Positions 61,560 to 64,000 of a DNA stretch of 64,000 nt are shown in pieces. Below the pieces are notes generated by a model. That model saw nothing but the letters and a program-made list of their open reading frames with translations. It did no database searches and had not been told where the DNA came from. The DNA comes from Phoronis australis (Eukaryota; Animalia; Phoronida): the NCBI GenBank assembly GCA_002633005.1, contig NMRA01000065.1, positions 545,985 through 609,984 on the forward strand. Reading direction: 5' to 3'. Both the position numbers and the translations under genes were made by a program. How positions within the stretch are numbered: position 1 is the stretch's first letter; the number at the start of each line of letters is the position of its first letter.

Positions 61560-63560
61560 TGATTATCTTTCGTAAAAATTGTCATGGATTCTGTACCTTT
61601 TTCGGCAGCTACCCTAAGGAGCTAAACAGTGGGCGACGTAATTAATTTTCAATACAATACTGTCAAAAAATTCAAACGCCACAAGTATAGTTAACTCAGT
61701 GCAGATGTTGCAAGTTCCTTTTTCAGTGCAACATTGCGCCTTGAGAGGACGAGATACACATCAGGTTAACTACGTTTCCAAATTTTATCTTGCTGGGATT
61801 TATCTTCTCAAAACGTTGTCAGTAATTAACTCCTTGTTGTTGTGAACATGTATCAGCCCCAATATGACAATTTATCTGAGACTCGTCTCATATCTGCTCG
61901 CATGCACGTGAAAACATCGCGCCTTGGCGCACAACAACTACGGGACACATCAGTGGATTTTTTCTACAGATTCGAGATATTTGTTTATATATACTTCATT
62001 TAGGATCTGTTCTCTCTTTGGGATGCTCATCGAAGTGTAAGCAACATATTTTGTTGGCAAGGTGCTTCAACCTCATTTCTAGTATCCAGAACAGGCTATC
62101 AGTCGACGTTGTCAATGTCCGCAACAATGTGTGTGTGAGGCAAAAAGATAGCATTCGTGCTGGATTACTTGCACGCCAACGGTGCCTCCACTCACAATTC
62201 CCACGCTATCGTATCCTTTCCCTTCTCAGTTGGCAATGTCGATACCGAGCCTATTCAAGGTGCCGGCCCACAACGCAATCAGCTACATGTTTTCCCGTTA
62301 TCCGCGCAAAACTACAAAAACTCATTTTAAGCAACTCCTCAGGAATTTTGCAGTTGGCAACTTGCTAGTCGTATCGGCAAGAGCATGAATTCGTCGTTGT
62401 TGGCTGTAATCTCGTCAGAATTACGGAATAAGATTTCAGTGCATATATTATTTCCCTTACACTGTCGGCTTGTTTAAGAGGATACCAAACGCGGTTTTGT
62501 CTTATTTTAAAACAGTTCTCTGAAACAAAATAATGCTCTGTAACCATCGACAACCCTCAAATATTGGAGAAAAAATTGAAAACTCCTTTCAAAGTCTATT
62601 AAACGAGCAAGCGTAAACTACGCATTTAACGAATTACACGGCAACTGTGGGAAGAGAACACCCATTAGGACCATAACATTCAACCTGTGACATAGGGAAT
62701 ATTAGTTATCCTGCGTTTAGTTTCAAGACTGACGCCTATGTAAGTAAATAAGTAAGTAATTTTTTACTATAGTGACATGTGTTCAAATGAATTTAAACAA
62801 TGAATACGTTACAAAGACTAGGAACACCCAGCTCTCCACAGGGCTTATAACTCACTTTAGATACATGATACAAAGACTAGGAACACCCAGCCCTCCACAG
62901 GGCTTATAACTCACTTTAGATACATGATACAAAGACTAGGAACACCCAGCCCTCCACAGGGCTTATAACTCACTTTAGATACATGATACAAAAAAGAAAA
63001 GATGATCCATTAACAGGTGAGAAAACGAGCATTGGTGGAAATCATCAAAACAGGGTTTAAAATCATTTTAACGTGCCCCATCTAATGAATTCGATGATTT
63101 CATTTTTAATGTTGTAAATGTTTCATCATAGGCATACTCAACAGTTTCAAAACGATAAGAAAATTTCCTGGATTGATGGTATCTTATGCCAAACTTTTGG
63201 ATCTCCTATCAATGCAGTGCACTGCAATAAAAAATCGCTTCAGTTATCGCTTTGGGGTTGTGTCCGTTTTCCTATACCTGCGCTTTCACTTCACCGTCGG
63301 TCTAAGAACAGTGCCATTGTCTTATTGCAGATTTCTGGCGTTGGATTTCTGTAGCTCGTATGGAGTGTGCGAGGTCGTGCACCAATGACACTGATTTACT
63401 TTTAACGTAAGAAAGAGTTTTTCATCGACCAAAGATTTGTTGATAGACCTAGGCCTACTTTTTTCAGAATACTGCGAACAGGCAGCCTTATCCTCATCGG
63501 GGTTTTCTGCACGAAGACATGCCTAGACGTCTGGTTTTGAGAAACGGGGGTTATAGTGAA
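61560..63560 (-). mobile_element. Decayed hAT-superfamily transposase (ZMYM1/DUF4371-like)
   Basis: 'KAITEAIFYC...INPGNFLIVLKLL', 'YSVI.DEITANNDEFM..RY', 'LGIDIAN*EGKGYDSVGIVSGGTVGVQ...HTHCCGH', with many stops and frameshifts. Confidence 0.75.
62810..62992. repeat. 59-bp tandem repeat, 3 copies
   Basis: TACAAAGACTAGGAACACCCAGC(T/C)CTCCACAGGGCTTATAACTCACTTTAGATACATGA at 62810, 62869 and 62928. Confidence 0.95.
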
Positions 63561-63637
63561 GTTACCTATGCTGAATTTAAAAGAATAGAAACGCATACTT
63601 GTAGGTGCATTTTTTATGTTTTTCAACTACATCATTT

Positions 63638-63728
63638 CCGTAGCGCCGGGGGTACGGGCTAGGAGGGGTAGGGGTGGGGGTAGGGTTCGAGTAACCCCCG
63701 CCCCCGAATCCCCCTAGCTACGGGCCTG
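63638..63728. mobile_element. Small GC-rich MITE (CCGTAGC...GCTACGGGCCTG) with G-runs
   Basis: Inverted ends; related terminus CAGGTCCGTAGCTAGG at 61501. Confidence 0.5.
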
Positions 63729-64000
63729 ATTACTACAGAACATACAAAGAAATAATAACAAACCCAGAAACCGCGAAGCATTATATCTGGGTTGTAAACA
63801 ATTCATAAATGAAACTTATATACATAGAGATATATACAATTAAGTAGTATCTAAAATAAGTATTCCAATACTTAGACATGCTATTACAGATATATAAAAA
63901 CAAAAATATTTACAGATTCATGTAGGGAAATCAGATGCAACAATATTGATAAACGGTATATAAAAATTTGCTAACGTTGCTTAGGAGGAATTCGTTAAGA

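Noticed and set aside
63648-63686. G-quadruplex-capable G-runs
   Set aside because: Internal to a common GC-rich MITE type; no evidence of independent function.

Overview
Eukaryotic, AT-rich, repeat-rich genomic DNA, most consistent with a marine invertebrate animal (spliceosomal introns; Kolobok, Sola3-like, Academ-like, hAT, CR1-group and Ngaro/DIRS elements). There are two assembly gaps (5450-6296 and 55828-56326). Three host genes are supported. (1) A NAT8/camello-like GNAT acetyltransferase (- strand, 524-1138) with a suspicious in-frame stop before a family-like C-terminus. (2) A 12-exon SLC49A4/DIRC2-like lysosomal MFS transporter (+ strand, 16572-33474, 491 aa by manual splicing). (3) An intronless LRR-Ig-TM receptor (- strand, 42974-45223). 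The most interesting signal is in SLC49A4: exon 4 (predicted TM4-TM5) is present as two intact, equal-length (164 nt), frame-incompatible paralogous exons that must be mutually exclusive. Between them lie one clear and two probable decayed extra copies, suggesting a birth-and-death exon array. Also notable is a nest of four transposons at 47.8-57.0 kb: a Kolobok inside a Kolobok, with a 2A-peptide CR1-group LINE splitting the inner THAP domain and a 5'-truncated Ngaro/DIRS fragment flanked by a 10-bp duplication splitting the inner TIR. All calls were made by eye; no searches were run.
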